A stretch of DNA of 64,000 nt from Eledone cirrhosa (Eukaryota), in NCBI GenBank assembly GCA_964016885.1, contig OZ024742.1:8556001-8620000 (forward strand), written 5' to 3'. The notes beneath the pieces were generated by a model. The model did no database searches. It was not told the DNA's origin and saw only the letters and a program-made list of their open reading frames with translations. Below, piece after piece: positions 27,901-41,450 of the stretch (its first letter is position 1; every line of letters begins with the position of its first letter). The translations under genes and the position numbers were made by a program.

Positions 27901-29047
27901 TCTCCAGGTAACCCAGTACAACCTGCTTCATGGTCAGGTGGTCGATGACTGAACCAGTTTCATATAAAGGTGACCTTCTCCAGGTAACCCAGTATAACCT
28001 GCTTCATGGTCAGGTGGTCGGCGACTGAACCAGTTTCATATAAAGGTGACCTTCTCCAGGTAACCCAGTATAACCCGCTTCATGGTCAGGTGGTCGATGA
28101 CTGAACCAGTTTCATATAAAGGTGACCTTCTCCAGGTAACCCAGTATAACCCGCTTCATGGTCAGGTGGTCGGCGACTGTACCTGTTTTATATAAAGGTG
28201 ACCTTCTCCAGGTAACCCAGTATAACCCGCTTCATGGTCAGGTGGTCGATGACTGAACCAGTTTCATATAAAGGTGACCTTCTCCAGGTAACCCAGTATA
28301 ACCCGCTTCATGGTCAGGTGGTCGGCGACTGTACCTGTTTTATATAAAGGTGACCTTCTCCAGGTAACCCAGTATAACCCGCTTCATGGTCAGGTGGTCG
28401 ATGACTGAACCAGTTTCATATAAAGGTGACCTTCTCCAGGTAACCCAGTATAACCCGCTTCATGGTCAGGTGGTCGGCGACTGAACCAGTTTTATATAAA
28501 GGTGACCTTCTCCAGGTAACCCAGTATAACCCGCTTCATGGTCAGGTGGTCGATGACTGAACCAGTTTCATATAAAGGTGACCTTCTCCAGGTAACCCAG
28601 TATAACCCGCTTCATGGTCAGGTGGTCGGCGACTGTACCTGTTTTATATAAAGGTGACCTTCTCCAGGTAACCCAGTATAACCCGCTTCATGGTCAGGTG
28701 GTCGATGACTGAACCAGTTTCATATAAAGGTGACCTTCTCCAGGTAACCCAGTATAACCCGCTTCATGGTCAGGTGGTCGGCGACTGAACCAGTTTTATA
28801 TAAAGGTGACCTTCTCCAGGTAACCCAGTATAACCCGCTTCATGGTCAGGTGGTCGATGACTGAACCAGTTTCATATAAAGGTGACCTTCTCCAGGTAAC
28901 CCAGTATAACCCGCTTCATGGTCAGGTGGTCGGCGACTGTACCTGTTTTATATAAAGGTGACCTTCTCCAGGTAACCCAGTACAACCTGCTTCATGGTCA
29001 GGTGGTCGATGACTGAACCAGTTTTATATAAGGGTGACCTTCTCCTA
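24941..29047. repeat. 76-bp tandem array, ~54 copies
   Basis: Unit CCAGGTAACCCAGTAYAACCYGCTTCATGGTCAGGTGGTCGRYGACTGWACCWGTTTYATATAAAGGTGACCTTCT. Units start at 24941 and 25017, giving a period of 76. Confidence 0.99.
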
Positions 29048-29250
29048 GAGTCTCTCGCTCCCCCCAAAATAGAAACTTTATTGGATGGTCGTTGACTTTC
29101 CCGAGGATGTTGTTTTTCATCCCGCAAGGTGTTCAAAAATCACCCTCCTCACCAAGCAATTCGGTGGGGCTACAGGTTTAATCGCCAACGACCCGACCAT
29201 ACACACATTGTACTGGGTTACATGTTACCTGTAGCACTGAAGAGCTACGT

Positions 29251-29252
<2 letters not shown>
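29020..29252 (-). mobile_element. Dispersed repeat, copy 1 (probable RTE-type 5' UTR-derived element)
   Basis: Shares CCTTCTCCTAG, TTGGATGGYCRTTGACT, CCTCACC..GGTGGGG and GACCCGACCAT with 29730-30175 and 30205-30795. The RTE assignment is inference from the CTAGGAGAAGGAAAACTC-type motif. Confidence 0.6.
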
Positions 29253-29322
<70 letters not shown>

Positions 29323-29439
29323 TATATATATATATACTTACATATAATTATACTTACATACATATATACTTACATACATACATACATACTTACATATTTA
29401 CATACATCATACATATATGCATCATACATATATATATCT

Positions 29440-29704
29440 CCTTGATCACCTTGACCGACCAGTCTGTCGGGCGCCAATAGGTGCCGCTGGTCACAGCACA
29501 TCGTGCTGTTTTAGCAATAAGATAACGCCATCCCACTGGCTGGGCGGGCAGGCCGGTACTCCTTTCTACAGCTGAGTAAACTGGAGCAACGTGAAATAAA
29601 GTGTCTTGCTCAAGGAAACAACACATCACCCTGTCCGAGAATTGAACTCACAACCTTTCGATTGCAAGCCCAATGCTTTAACCACTAAGCCATGCGCCTT
29701 CACA
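29440..29704 (-). mobile_element. tRNA-derived SINE with a CORE-like central domain
   Basis: The minus strand starts GTGAAGGCGCATGGCTTAGTGGTTAAAGC (A box) ... GAGTTCAATTCTC (B box), followed by CCTTGAGCAAGACACTTTATTTCACGTTGCTCCAGTTTACTCAGCTGTA. Related copies lie at ~52975 and ~54635. Confidence 0.85.
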
Positions 29705-29729
29705 AATATCATATATTCATACATATATG

Positions 29730-30175
29730 ATGGCTGCCCTCTCGTTATCGAGTATGGCTCTTGCATGATATACCATTATTAATAATTATTAATTCATTCA
29801 TCGTGCAATGCCTGTGCGTGAATATATGAGAGACAGCAACTATAACCCGAAAAGAAGAAAAGATCAACATCATCGGTAACTACTGATCCGCAGGTTTTAT
29901 ATCGGAGTTATCCCAGTTTCCTGAGTTGCCTTCTCCTAGAAGAATGCCCCGACAAAGGATAGGGGTGCTTCACTCCCAGTAGTTTAACCGCGCGGTACAT
30001 GTGTATATATATATTTACACACTTTTGGATGGCCGTTGACTCTTATGAGTTCTTCCGCCCTTTGTCGGGTTTTGTTTTTTATCCTGCAGGGCGTCCAAAA
30101 TCCCCATCCTCACCAAGTAAAGTTGGTGGGGTTGCCGGTTTAGTCGCTGATGACCCGACCATGTGACAGGTTATA
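29730..30175 (-). mobile_element. Dispersed repeat, copy 2 (same family as 29020-29252)
   Basis: Blocks CAGGTTTTATATCGGAGTT, CCTTCTCCTAGAA, GGATGGCCGTTGACTCTTA and GGTGGGGTTGCCGGTTTAGTCGC are shared with copy 3. Confidence 0.65.
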
Positions 30176-30204
30176 CATACATACATGCATACATACATAT
30201 ATAC

Positions 30205-30795
30205 ATGGTGGCAGCCAACTAGTTTTCGAGTACGGCCACTACTTTATATCCATGTAGGAGAAACCCTACCGATACGCTGAACGAGTGTGACTTTTTAGTC
30301 CAGCCAGCGACTTGAAAACTCTGGTACAAACACTACACTTGTGACAATTACTGACACATAGTGCTGGGCCCATGGTACCATGTGATGACAAGTGCAGAGA
30401 GATCTCCAGATACAAAGCAATGCCTGTGTCGTGAAGCTTTTATAGTGAGCAAAGGCACTGCACAAAGCCAGTCCCACTTTCTTAACCAAGATGATATTTA
30501 CCAAAAAGAACATTGGATACCATCAGGGTTGCAGGTGTTATATCAGAGTTTTCCTTCTCCTAGAATTCTGCCTTGACAAAGGCTAAGGGGTCATCTCTCC
30601 CGGTGATGTTGGATGGCCATTGACTCTTAAGAGCCCCTTTGCCCTTTGACAGGTTTTGTTTTTAGTCCTGCAGGATGTCCAAAGTCACCCTCCTCACCCA
30701 GAAACCTTGGTGGGGTTGCCAGTTTAGTCGCCAACGACCCGACCATGAGACAGGTTGTACTAGAATACATGTTACCAGTAGCACCAACTGGTGAC
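30205..30795 (-). mobile_element. Dispersed repeat, copy 3 (longest copy; probable RTE 5' region)
   Basis: Collinear with copies 1 and 2. Contains GAGTTTTCCTTCTCCTAG and abuts (TACA)n. Confidence 0.65.
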
Positions 30796-30823
30796 ATACA
30801 TAATACATACATACATACATACA

Positions 30824-30857
<34 letters not shown>

Positions 30858-31030
30858 CATACCTATATACATACATACATACATATATACATACATACAT
30901 ATATACATACATACATACATATATACATACATACATATATACATACATACATACATATATACATACATACATACATATATACATACATACATATATACAT
31001 ACATACATATATACATATATACATATACAC
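30796..31030. repeat. (TACA)n microsatellite
   Basis: Direct reading of the sequence. Confidence 0.95.
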
Positions 31031-31244
31031 GCGAATACAGAAGGAGAGGGAGATAAAAAGAGACAGAAAGAAAGAAATGAAAGCAAGGAGTAAAAAAGAA
31101 ATAATAGAAATGTAGTATTAAACGGAAGTTGAAGGGAAATAAAGAAAAGTAGAAAAAGGTGAAAAGTAGATTCCAGTGGAAAGTAAAATGGTGAACCGGA
31201 AGTTGGGCCGAAGGCTGACAAGGAAATGACAATATTAATACTGT

Positions 31245-31607
31245 AGTAGGTGGTAGTAGTAGTAGTAGTAGCGATGGTAGTATTAGTGGTGCTGGTGGTG
31301 GTGGTGCTGGTGGTGCTGGTGGTGGTGGTGGTAATGGTGGTTGTGCTGGTGGTGGTGCTGGTGGTGCTGGTGGTGGTGGTGGTGGTGGTGATGGTGGTGG
31401 TGGTGGTGATGGTGGTGGTGGTGGTGGTGCTGGTGCTGGTGGTGGTGGTGGTGGTGGTGGTGGTGGTGGTGGTGATGGTGGTGGTGGTGGTGATGGTGGT
31501 GGTGGTGGTGGTGCTGGTGATGGTGGTGGTGGTGGTGGTGCTGGAGGTGGTGGAGGTGCTGGTGGTGGTGGTGGTGCTGGTGGTGGTGGTGGTGGTGGTG
31601 GTGGTGG

Positions 31608-31638
<31 letters not shown>

Positions 31639-31841
31639 GGTGGTGGTGGTGGTGGTGGTGATAGTGGTGGTGCTGGTGCTGGTGGTGGTGGTGCTGGTGG
31701 TGGTGGTGTTGATGGTGGTGGTGGTGTTGATGGTGGTGGTGCTGGTGCTGGTGGTGGTGCTGGTGGTGGTGGTGGTGGTGATAGTGGTGGTGCTGGTGGT
31801 GGTGGAGGTGCTGGTGGTGGTGGTGGTGCTGGTGGTGGTGG

Positions 31842-31872
<31 letters not shown>

Positions 31873-31925
31873 GGTGGTGCTGGTGGTGGTGGTGGTGGTG
31901 CTGGTGGTGCTGGTGGTGGTGGTGG

Positions 31926-31956
<31 letters not shown>

Positions 31957-32072
31957 GGTGGTGCTGGTGGTGGTGCTGGTGGTGGTGGTGGTGGTGGTGG
32001 TGGTGATAGTGGTGGTGCTGGTGGTGGTGGAGGTGCTGGTGCTGGTGGTGGTGGTGGTGCTGGTGGTGGTGG

Positions 32073-32103
<31 letters not shown>

Positions 32104-32192
32104 GGTGGTGGTGGTGCTGGTGGTGGTGGTGGTGGTGGTGGTGGTGGTGGTGGTGGAGGTGGTGGTGGTGGTGATAGTGGTGGTGCTGGTGC

Positions 32193-32223
<31 letters not shown>

Positions 32224-32282
32224 GGTGGTGCTGGTGGTGGTGGTGGTGGTGCTGGTGGTGCTGGTGGTGGTGGTGGTGGTGG

Positions 32283-32313
<31 letters not shown>

Positions 32314-32345
32314 GCTGGTGGTGGTGCTGGTGGTGGTGGTGGTGC

Positions 32346-32376
<31 letters not shown>

Positions 32377-32678
32377 GGTGGTGGTGGTGGTGGTGGTGAT
32401 AGTGGTGGTGCTGGTGCTGGTGGTGGTGGTGCTGGTGGTGGTGGTGTTGATGGTGGTGGTGGTGGTGCTGGTGGTGGTGGTGCTGGTGGTGGTGGTGTTG
32501 ATGGTGGTGGTGGTGGTGCTGGTGGTGGTGCTGGTGGTGGTGCTGGTGGTGGTGCTGGTGGTGGTGGTGGTGGTGGTGCTGGTGCTGGTGGTGGTGGTGC
32601 TGGTGGTGGTGGTGTTGATGGTGGTGGTGGTGGTGCTGGTGGTGGTGCTGGTGGTGGTGCTGGTGGTGGTGCTGGTGG

Positions 32679-32709
<31 letters not shown>

Positions 32710-32741
32710 GGTGGTGCTGGTGGCGGAGATGGTGGTGGTGG
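31245..32741. repeat. (GGT)n trinucleotide array with GCT/GAT/AGT variants, ~1.5 kb
   Basis: Direct reading. This array produces the poly-P, poly-T and poly-V ORFs in the track. Confidence 0.97.
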
Positions 32742-32901
32742 ACATGTCACAGTTCTGTGTTGCTGCTCTAGTGACGTTGGTGTTATGTTGCTCTTTGCTG
32801 TTATTGTTTAACCCTAAGTCAGTCATGACTAAGCAAATATGTCGGCAACGACTCTCTCTCTGTGACCATCTAGTCATTGGTAATCAAAATGTACTCTAGA
32901 C

Positions 32902-32945
32902 CAGGCATGTCAAACTGAGGGTACCCCGAGGGCGACATGCGTCAC
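32902..32945 (+). mobile_element. Possible single end of a hAT (Charlie-like) DNA transposon or MITE
   Basis: CAGGCATGTCAAACT resembles hAT-Charlie TIRs and follows CTCTAGAC (32894-32901), an NTCTAGAN-type 8-bp target. No partner TIR was found. Confidence 0.35.
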
Positions 32946-33300
32946 ATATGTGTTGTCTAATATGTTCATTGTCATTTTTATGACGGCAGGTTGTGATGAG
33001 TAGAGAATTTCACTGCTATTTCTAGCAGCTCAAGTGACCTACTAGGGTCTTTCTTGTTAATTCTTGTGCTGGGTGTTTTAATGCCAAGTTGATGGTGGTT
33101 TTGATGGCAAGAGCCCTCTCATTTGGTGTGGATGTGAGGTCTGTTGTATTGGTTATACGGTCGTTGTAGTATTGTGTTGCAGTGATAGTAGTTGTGTTGG
33201 TTACAGTTGTGGATCTTACATGTATTGGATGGAGTATCAGTGGTGGACTGGAAGGAAATACAACAATATAGAGATATATAGTCATACAGATAACATAGAC

Positions 33301-33312
33301 TTATATATATAC

Positions 33313-33407
<95 letters not shown>

Positions 33408-33464
33408 CATATATATACATATATGTATATATATACATATATTTATATATATACATATATATAT

Positions 33465-33534
<70 letters not shown>

Positions 33535-33592
33535 TACATATACATATATAAATATATATATATACATATATATATATATAAATATATATACA

Positions 33593-33648
<56 letters not shown>

Positions 33649-33726
33649 TACATATATATATATATATACATATATACATATATATATATATATACATATA
33701 TATACATATATATATTTATATATACA

Positions 33727-33777
<51 letters not shown>
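33301..33777. repeat. (TA)n microsatellite
   Basis: Direct reading. A second tract lies at 34139-34318. Confidence 0.97.
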
Positions 33778-34140
33778 TTGTTTAGCAAGATTCTTTATCT
33801 GAAATCGTGTGTTGAAACCGATATTGTTATACTTTGGGAGGGTCATGTTGCCAATAAGAAACACACGCACCAGTTGCATTCACTTCAATTTATTATAATA
33901 AATTTATAATAAATTTATAAATTTCTGGTTGGTTGGTTGGTTCCACAACCAGATAGTTGTTTATATATAGTCATAGTTCTTTCGTCACACACTATGTGAC
34001 CTCTTCAGTGACTGGGGATTCCTTTCTTTGTTTCTGTGCCTCTCCTTTGTTCTGTCCTACGCCATTTTGTTTCTGTTTGAGACACAACTGGTGCATGTGT
34101 TTCTTATTGGCAACATGACCCTCCCAAAGTATAACAATAT
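33778..34140 (-). mobile_element. Short non-coding element between (TA)n tracts, with 56-bp inverted arms and a hammerhead motif (Penelope-like pLTR remnant)
   Basis: 33821-33876 is the reverse complement of 34085-34140 with 1 mismatch. The hammerhead lies between the arms. Confidence 0.65.
33969..34013 (-). ncRNA. Minimal type I hammerhead ribozyme motif
   Basis: Minus strand reads AGUCA-CUGAAGA-G-GUCACA-UAGUG-UGUGAC-GAAA-GAAC-UA-UGACU. It has a 5-bp stem I, a full core, a 6-bp stem II, a minimal stem III and a CUA cleavage triplet. Confidence 0.8.
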
Positions 34141-34154
34141 ATATATACATATAT

Positions 34155-34299
<145 letters not shown>

Positions 34300-34794
34300 T
34301 ACATATATATATATATATTGGTAAACGGAATAGAAAATGGTGACAAATTGTTCACAGTTGAAAAATGGTTTAATTAGGAATAAAAGAGTATTAGTGATTG
34401 TATGGGTTAGTATTCAGTTGTGGTTTTAAGTTTTTAAGCTTTTACCGGTTGCGCATTTCTAAATGCTTTTCAAAAATAATTTTGAGATAGAGTGTCCGTG
34501 CTGTTTGCTCTGATCTGATTAGTTTTGGGAATTCTACCTGTTTTTATGTTAAAAAAGTGGCTCCAGCGTTATTTTTGTGTTGCAAAAATGCTTGTGGTCA
34601 AAACAATTTTGATTGGTCGGTAGAGGTCATGTGGATAAAAAATTGGTTTTGCGCCAAGATTGAGAAATGACTCTTTCACAACAAATATGTGTGTGTGTGT
34701 GTGTATGTGTGTGTGTGTGTGTGTGTAGTAGTAGTAAGGTGTTCGATGCTGCGACAATGGCCAGCAGCGATGTGTGTCAAATGGCTATTAAGAT

Positions 34795-34855
<61 letters not shown>

Positions 34856-34929
34856 GCAGAGTAATTCGATGGTCAGTAAGAATGTGTCTGAAAGCAATGG
34901 GGGGGTATTTTAGCATGTCAAAAGATATT

Positions 34930-36930
34930 TTGGTCCATACCTCGACGCCTGCCGCGTCTCTCGGACAGGGAGGCGAAGTCCTGCGAGGAGCCGATTTCAG
35001 CCGCAAACGCAAACGCAAATCCCCGGGTCTCGATGGTCTTCCATACGAACTATATCTAGCTATGCCGGACTTGTTCCCCGAACTCCTCGAGGCGGTCTAC
35101 GGCAACTGGCGACAGAACGGGAGAATTCCCTGTGCTGTGACCAAGGGCGTAGTCACGCTAGTGAGGAAGGACGAGAACAAGGGGGACGATATAAATAATT
35201 TCAGGCCTATAACTCTGCTAAATACAGAATTACAGATTTTGACCAAGGTGCTAGCAAAGAGGTTGGCGCTTGTCGTGGGCAACCTGGTGGGAGATGCGCA
35301 GACATGTGCTATCCCGTCCAGGTCCATCCACGATAACCTCCACCTCATGCGATACATCATAGAGAGGGTTGGGAACGAACCCGGCTTTGGTGGGGCCCTG
35401 ATCAACTTGGATCAATCTAAGGCATTCGATAGGGTCGACCATGGTTACCTGGATGCGGTGCTAGCGGCGGCAGGCTTCGGACCCGTTTTCAGGGGCTGGA
35501 TCAATGCCATGCACAGCAGCCGCATCTGCTCTAGGGTCAAGGTGAACGGCTACCTCTCGGAGCCGTTCGAAATCGCGCGGTCCATCCGACAGGGGTGCCC
35601 TCTCTCCTCCCTTCTGTATGTAGTGACTCTAGAGCCACTGCTGCGGAAGTTGGAGTTGTTGCAGGGCATCCCGTTGGAACCGGGATTGCGGAAAGCGGTG
35701 TCAGCCTACGCCGATGACGTAACAGTAATGGTGTCGACGGCCTCGGAAATCGGAGCGATCGGCACCTTACTGGAGGAGTACGAAAGGTTTACAGGGGCTA
35801 AGCTGAACCGGGACAAGTCGATCGGTCTGCAACTCGGCACGTGGAGGGGCAGATCGATGCCCTCCGATAGCGTTGTCGGGCACTGGACGGAGGGCCCGGT
35901 GAAATTGCTCGGGGTCTGGTTCCAACCAGACCTCCAGGTGGAGAAGAACTGGGGTGAGGTGACGAGCAGGGTGTTTGCACTGACCCAGAAGTGGTAGGCG
36001 GACCCGGCTGTCAGTGGAGAATCCACCTCGTCATTCTATAGAGGGCTGGTGGTTAGCAGGTGCGACGACGCCCTCGGAGAAGCCCTAGGCATGGAGGAAG
36101 ACGAACTGGCCAACCGGTTCGGTAGGACATTCAGCCCGGGAACCATGGATAACTTCCAGAGGTCCCTGGTCTGGCAATGCTACAGAAGGGCTCTGCCCGT
36201 TCGAGAAAGGCTCTACAGACACGGGCGCCCGGGTAGGGACCCATCGAAAATGTCTGTCCCAGATGCGGGTGTGACGAGGAAACCGTTGCACACGCATTGG
36301 TACACTGCTCGGGCATTGCCGATCTGTGGGGCTATGTCGAACAACTGCTGTCAAGGGTGGGACCGATCCCGCTGACCACCGAGTCTATTGTAACAATCAA
36401 GCCGCCTCCCCTCTTCAAAAACGAAAGATAGGCGGTGTTTCTGTGCGTAATAGCCATGGCGAAAGGGTTGTATGGTGGACGCGTCTGAAAGGACTGAGGT
36501 CAGACACCTTTCTCTCTGGCCAACAACTGGTCCGTTTCCTCCGATATCATTTCGGAAGAAGGATCAGGATGGAGAGAGAGGTGCTGCACCCCAGCCGTTT
36601 CTATGAAAGATGGGTGAAAGTGGCGAGAATGGCCCGTGTGAATGGGCCTTCACTCTACATCATACTATAGGTGAGGAAGATGAAAGACCAAGGGAGCACC
36701 CTTCTCTGTGCTCCTGAGGAGAAGGGTTGCACACTTTTTTCGGGGTGTGTGCGACCCCCCAAAGCGCCTCCTCTCTATTGAGGACTTTGTTATAAATTTT
36801 ATTTTTTGTTATATTTTATTTTATTTTTATATATTGTTATTGCCTCCTCCTTATTGAGGACGCCTTGTTTTGTAAACTCCCCCCATTGTACTTGTCCCAC
36901 TTTTGATGCCCTGGTGGCAAATAAAAGAAA
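34930..36930 (+). mobile_element. 5'-truncated, internally deleted L1/Tx1-type LINE (RT fragment, C-terminus and 3' UTR)
   Basis: Motifs KSPGLDGLP, NFRPITLLN, LDQSKAFDRVDH, QGCPLS and AYADDVT; close paralog of 41698-43731. About 417 bp is deleted at ~35996. The 3' end is GGTGGCAAATAAAAGAAA. Confidence 0.92.
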
Positions 36931-38565
<1,635 letters not shown>

Positions 38566-38566
38566 A

Positions 38567-39000
38567 TGTTTCTTTATTTGTCACAAGGGCGCACAAGAAA
38601 AGGGGACAATACAAAGACATGCCGGGAATTTTACATACATTCGGGTAATAATATTGGAACAAACAATTACAACAATCGAAATCCCCAATAGAGGGGAGGC
38701 GCCACAAATGGGTTATTTAATACCCCGTCGATAGAACAACCCTCAACATCAGGAGCGTGTTGTGCAAGTGTTCCTTTCTTCCTTTTGCTCTCTTCTTTAA
38801 CCTACAGGTTTATAAACAGAGAAGGCCCAATCACTCAGGCCATTTTCACTTCATTCACTCACCTATCAGTAAATTTATTGGGGTGCAGTGTCTCTCTCTC
38901 CACTCTGATTCTCCTTCTAAAGTGAAACTTAAAGAAGGGAATGAGTTGTTGTCCAGAGGGAAAGGCATCTGTCCTCAGTCCTCTCAACCTTGTCCACCAT
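38567..39000 (-). mobile_element. 3' fragment of a diverged L1/Tx1-type LINE
   Basis: WWTRLRGLRTDAFPSGQQLIPFFKFHFRRRIRVERETLHP matches the ORF2 C-terminus at 41451-41666. The 3' end GTGACAAATAAAGAAAC matches the other copies. Confidence 0.88.
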
Positions 39001-39678
39001 ATATAGATAGATATATAGATTGTATATAGATATGTAGATATATAGATAGATAGACAGATACTTAGATAGATATACATACATAGAAATCATTCAAGTCTTT
39101 GAGAGTGACAGTGATGAAGGGGTTAAAAGAAATGTTCAACTGTGTTGTTGTTGTTGCAGACAAAGGAAAGGGGTGGGTTGAGGGGTGTGTGGTGGGGGCT
39201 GGGGGCCAGTGATGAGTATTGTGGTTGATGTTGCTATGAAATAATCAATATGGTGATGAGTCATAGCAACTAGTTGGGATCTATCAGTAGACTATGAGAG
39301 GAAGTAGTAGAGAAGGGGCAGTGGTAGTGGGCGGAGGAGACTAACTGAATTAGACCATAAATTATTGCATACATTGAGGTTGGTGGGTAAATCAATTATA
39401 TGGAAGGGATTGAGGAGGGAAAAGGGACATTAATCCTGGGGTCGGAGGTAGAAATAGTGTGGGGGAGAGAGAGGGAGAGGGTGAGGGTGAGGTCGAGGGA
39501 GGGATAGAGAGGGTGAGGGTGAGCTCAACGGAGGGAGAGAGAGGGGGATGGAAGAGAGAGACAGGGGGAGGAAAGAGAGTGAGATGAAGGGAGGAAGAGA
39601 AGGGCCTGGGGGGATGGAGGGGGAATGAGGGCCAGCGAGAGAGAGAGTGAGAGGGGGACAATGACAAAACATATATAT

Positions 39679-39960
<282 letters not shown>

Positions 39961-40011
39961 CAGAGAAACACAGTGAGAGAGCGAGAGAGAGAGAGAGATG
40001 CACAGAGAAAC

Positions 40012-40056
<45 letters not shown>

Positions 40057-40181
40057 GAGAGGAGAGAGAGAGAAAATGAGAAAGGGAGAGTGATAGAGAT
40101 TATGTGAAGAGTGATAGAGAGATGTGAAGACCAGTGGACAAGTAAGAAATAGCGAGATGTTGTGAGGAGATCAATTGGAAG

Positions 40182-40988
40182 GTGTGACTGAGCGAAACTG
40201 TTGAGTCACATTGCCAACACCAGGTCTATATGATAGGCCTTCAGTGTGACTGAGCGAAACTGTTGAGTCACACTGCCAACACCAGGTCTATATGATAGGC
40301 CTTCAGTGTGACTGAGCGAAACTGTTGAGTCACACTGCCAACACCAGGTCTATATGATAGGCCTTCAGTGTGACTGAGCGAAACTGTTGAGTCACATTGC
40401 CAACACCAGGTCTATATGATAGGCCTTCAGTGTGACTGAGCGAAACTGTTGAGTCACACTGCCAACACCAGGTCTATATGATAGGTCTTCAGTGTGACTG
40501 AGCGAAACTGTTGAGTCACATTGCCAACACCAGGTCTATATGATAGGCCTTCAGTGTGACTGAGCGAAACTGTTGAGTCACACTGCTAACACCAGGTCTA
40601 TATGATAGGCCTTCAGTGTGACTGAGCGAAACTGTTGAGTCACACTGCCAACACCAGGTCTATATGATAGGCCTTCAGTGTGACTGAGCGAAACTGTTGA
40701 GTCACACTGCCAACACCAGGTCTATATGATAGGCCTTCAGTGTGACTGAGCGAAACTGTTGAGTCACATTGCCAACACCAGGTCTATATGATAGGCCTTC
40801 AGTGTGACTGAGCGAAACTGTTGAGTCACATTGCCAACACCAGGTCTATATGATAGGCCTTCAGTGTGACTGAGCGAAACTGTTGAGTCACACTGCCAAC
40901 ACCAGGTCTATATGATACGCCTTCAGTGTGACTGAGCGAAACTGTTGAGTCACACTGCCAACACCAGGTCTATATGATAGGCCTTCAG
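40182..40988. repeat. 62-bp minisatellite, 13 copies
   Basis: Unit GTGTGACTGAGCGAAACTGTTGAGTCACAYTGCCAACACCAGGTCTATATGATAGGCCTTCA. Units start at 40182 and 40244. Confidence 0.98.
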
Positions 40989-41450
40989 CAATAACATCAT
41001 CATCCAACACCATCCAACAGGAAAGCCTGCACCTAAATTAAGACTCACTATGTAGTGGCTCAACCAGCTAGAAATAGCAGCTAACTACTCTTTAAATATT
41101 GAGTCAACGAAGTAGACACAACATGGTCTCTCGATCTGTTAGAAATAGCAGTCACCGAGACATGGAGATTGAGACAGAGACACAGAGACACTGAGACATA
41201 CAGAGATACAGACAGAGACAGACAAATTTATGTTTATTTGCCACTAGGGCACAGAAGAAAGGGACATGTACATGGGGGGGGGGGAGTTTACATAAAAATC
41301 GAGTAAGAAAAATGTAATAAATAAAATTCTAACAAGAAGGTCCTCAATAGGGAGGGATCGTTTTGGGGTCACCCCCCCCCCCCGAAAAAAAATGTGCGAC
41401 TCTTCTCCACGGGACCACAAAGAGAGGGTGCTCCCTTCTTCCTTTTCCAC

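Noticed and set aside
29237-29253. CTGAAGA at the end of the dispersed repeat (also CTGATGA ~30147, CTGAGGA ~54170 minus, CTGAAGA ~57069) as hammerheads
   Set aside because: There is no correctly placed stem II plus GAAA downstream.
29640-29704. tRNA gene
   Set aside because: A and B boxes are present, but the sequence continues into a multi-copy SINE body and has no convincing acceptor stem.
30627-32899. 707-aa Pro-rich, 701-aa Thr-rich and 549-aa Val-rich ORFs (extensin/mucin-like)
   Set aside because: Several frames are open only because (GGT)n and (TACA)n lack stops. There is no wobble variation, signal peptide or domain.
34320-34686. Decayed PLE N-terminal coding fragment on the minus strand
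   Set aside because: It has only a vague basic, helical composition with stops and no diagnostic motif. It would need a tBLASTx or HMM search.
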